Shown here: positions 63,049 through 64,000 of the stretch, one piece after another
Position numbering within the stretch: the first letter of the stretch is position 1
Layout of the letters: the number at the start of each line of letters is the position of its first letter
NCBI GenBank assembly: GCA_963771175.1
Contig: CAVYSY010000032.1
Location: forward strand, 480,001-544,000
DNA from: an uncultured delta proteobacterium
GTDB lineage: Bacteria; Myxococcota; Myxococcia; Myxococcales; Myxococcaceae
Direction: 5' to 3'
DNA length: 64,000 nt
The notes under the pieces: model-generated
Databases searched by the model: none
What the model was told of the DNA's origin: nothing
Seen by the model: the letters and a program-made list of their open reading frames with translations, nothing else
Translations under genes and position numbers: made by a program

Positions 63049-64000
63049 ATGGCGCCGAGACTGGAACTGGACCTGAGGGAGCTGCTGTCCTTCGAGCCGA
63101 ACGGGGGGCTCATCCACTTCGCGGGCCAGCGGGTGCTGCTGTTGGACCCGGTGGTGCTGGGGCTGCTGCGCAAGGAGCTCATCTCCACGGTGGGGCTGAT
63201 GGCGACGCGAGGCATCTTCACCCGGCTGGGCTTCGCGCACGGCTGGCGCACGGCGGAGACGATGAAGAACGCCTTCCCCTGGGAGGACGAGGCGCAGTGG
63301 CGCCGGGCGGGCGGGACGGCTGCACACGCTGCAGGGACAGGTGGTGATGGAGCGGGTGGAGCGGGGCGCCGAGGAGGGACCGGAGCCCTTCGCGGAGGCG
63401 CTCTGGCACGACTCGTACGAGGCGGAGCAGCACCTGCTGCAACTGGGCAAGGCGGAGGAGCCGGTGTGCTGGTCGCTCACGGGCTTCGCCAGCGGCTACA
63501 TGAGCTACTGCAACAACAAGCCCGTGTACTGCATCGAGACGCGCTGCGTGGGGAAGGGAGACCCGGTGCTGCCAGATTCTCGGCAAACCGGAGGAGGAGT
63601 GGAGCCCCGAGTGCCGCGAGTCGCTGCGCTTCTACGAGACGCAGTGCATGGAGGGGGCGCTGGCGCAGGTGACGGACGCGCTCAAGCAGGCCGAGCGCAA
63701 GCTGCGGACGAAGCGCCAGACGCTGGCGCGGGTGTCGGGCGTGCCGGAGGACCCCGCGGGCATGGTGGCGCGCACCGAGGCCATGCTGCAGGTGCTGAAC
63801 CTGGCGCGCCGGGCGGCGAAGGTGGACTCCACGGTGCTCATCACCGGAGAGAGCGGCGTGGGCAAGGAGCGGATTGCCCGGCTCATCCACGAGGAGTCGA
63901 GCCGGGAGCACAAGGCCTTCGTGGCGGTGAACTGCGCGGCGGTGACGGAGAGCCTGCTGGAGAGCGAGCTGTTCGGCCACGCGCAAGGGGTCCTTCACGG
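63049..64000 (+). CDS. XylR/DmpR-type sigma54-dependent activator (XylR_N, V4R, AAA+); partial, with indels
   Basis: [73 protein letters not shown]. Confidence 0.9.

Overview
High-GC window whose gene content points to a myxobacterium (Archangium/Cystobacter-like; inferred from the RpoH-type sigma factor, Ser/Thr kinase-PEGA cassette and lipoprotein toxin/immunity pairs). Many genes, including housekeeping htpG and ilvA, are split by single-base indels that are most likely uncorrected sequencing errors, so genes were reassembled across frames by hand and some boundaries are approximate. Core-like genes: PAS sensor kinases, Eis-like acetyltransferase, htpG, sodC, an aldo/keto reductase, DUF4159 plus a vWA/GATase-like protein, a ketosynthase, an RpoH-like sigma factor, a DEAD-box helicase, gdhA, ilvA, yceI and a XylR-type sigma54 activator. 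The most notable accessory features are: (1) a ~1600-aa NLR-like protein (TIR-NACHT-pentapeptide-14 near-identical WD40 repeats that vary mostly at HET-E-like positions) with a T9 tract one slip away from a stop codon just after the TIR domain, lying next to a lipoprotein nuclease toxin/immunity pair; (2) a Ser/Thr kinase/TPR-PEGA/Cys-lipoprotein/PstS-like operon next to two Pho-box-like 11-bp direct-repeat pairs; (3) a ~1750-aa low-complexity repeat protein with a Q/G/Y-rich N-terminal region and a possible tandem Sm-like C-terminus; (4) a methyltransferase plus FAD-monooxygenase cassette with no type III PKS, flanked by 33-bp near-identical hairpins; (5) three tandem YbjQ-like lipoproteins. 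No rRNA, tRNA or CRISPR array was seen.
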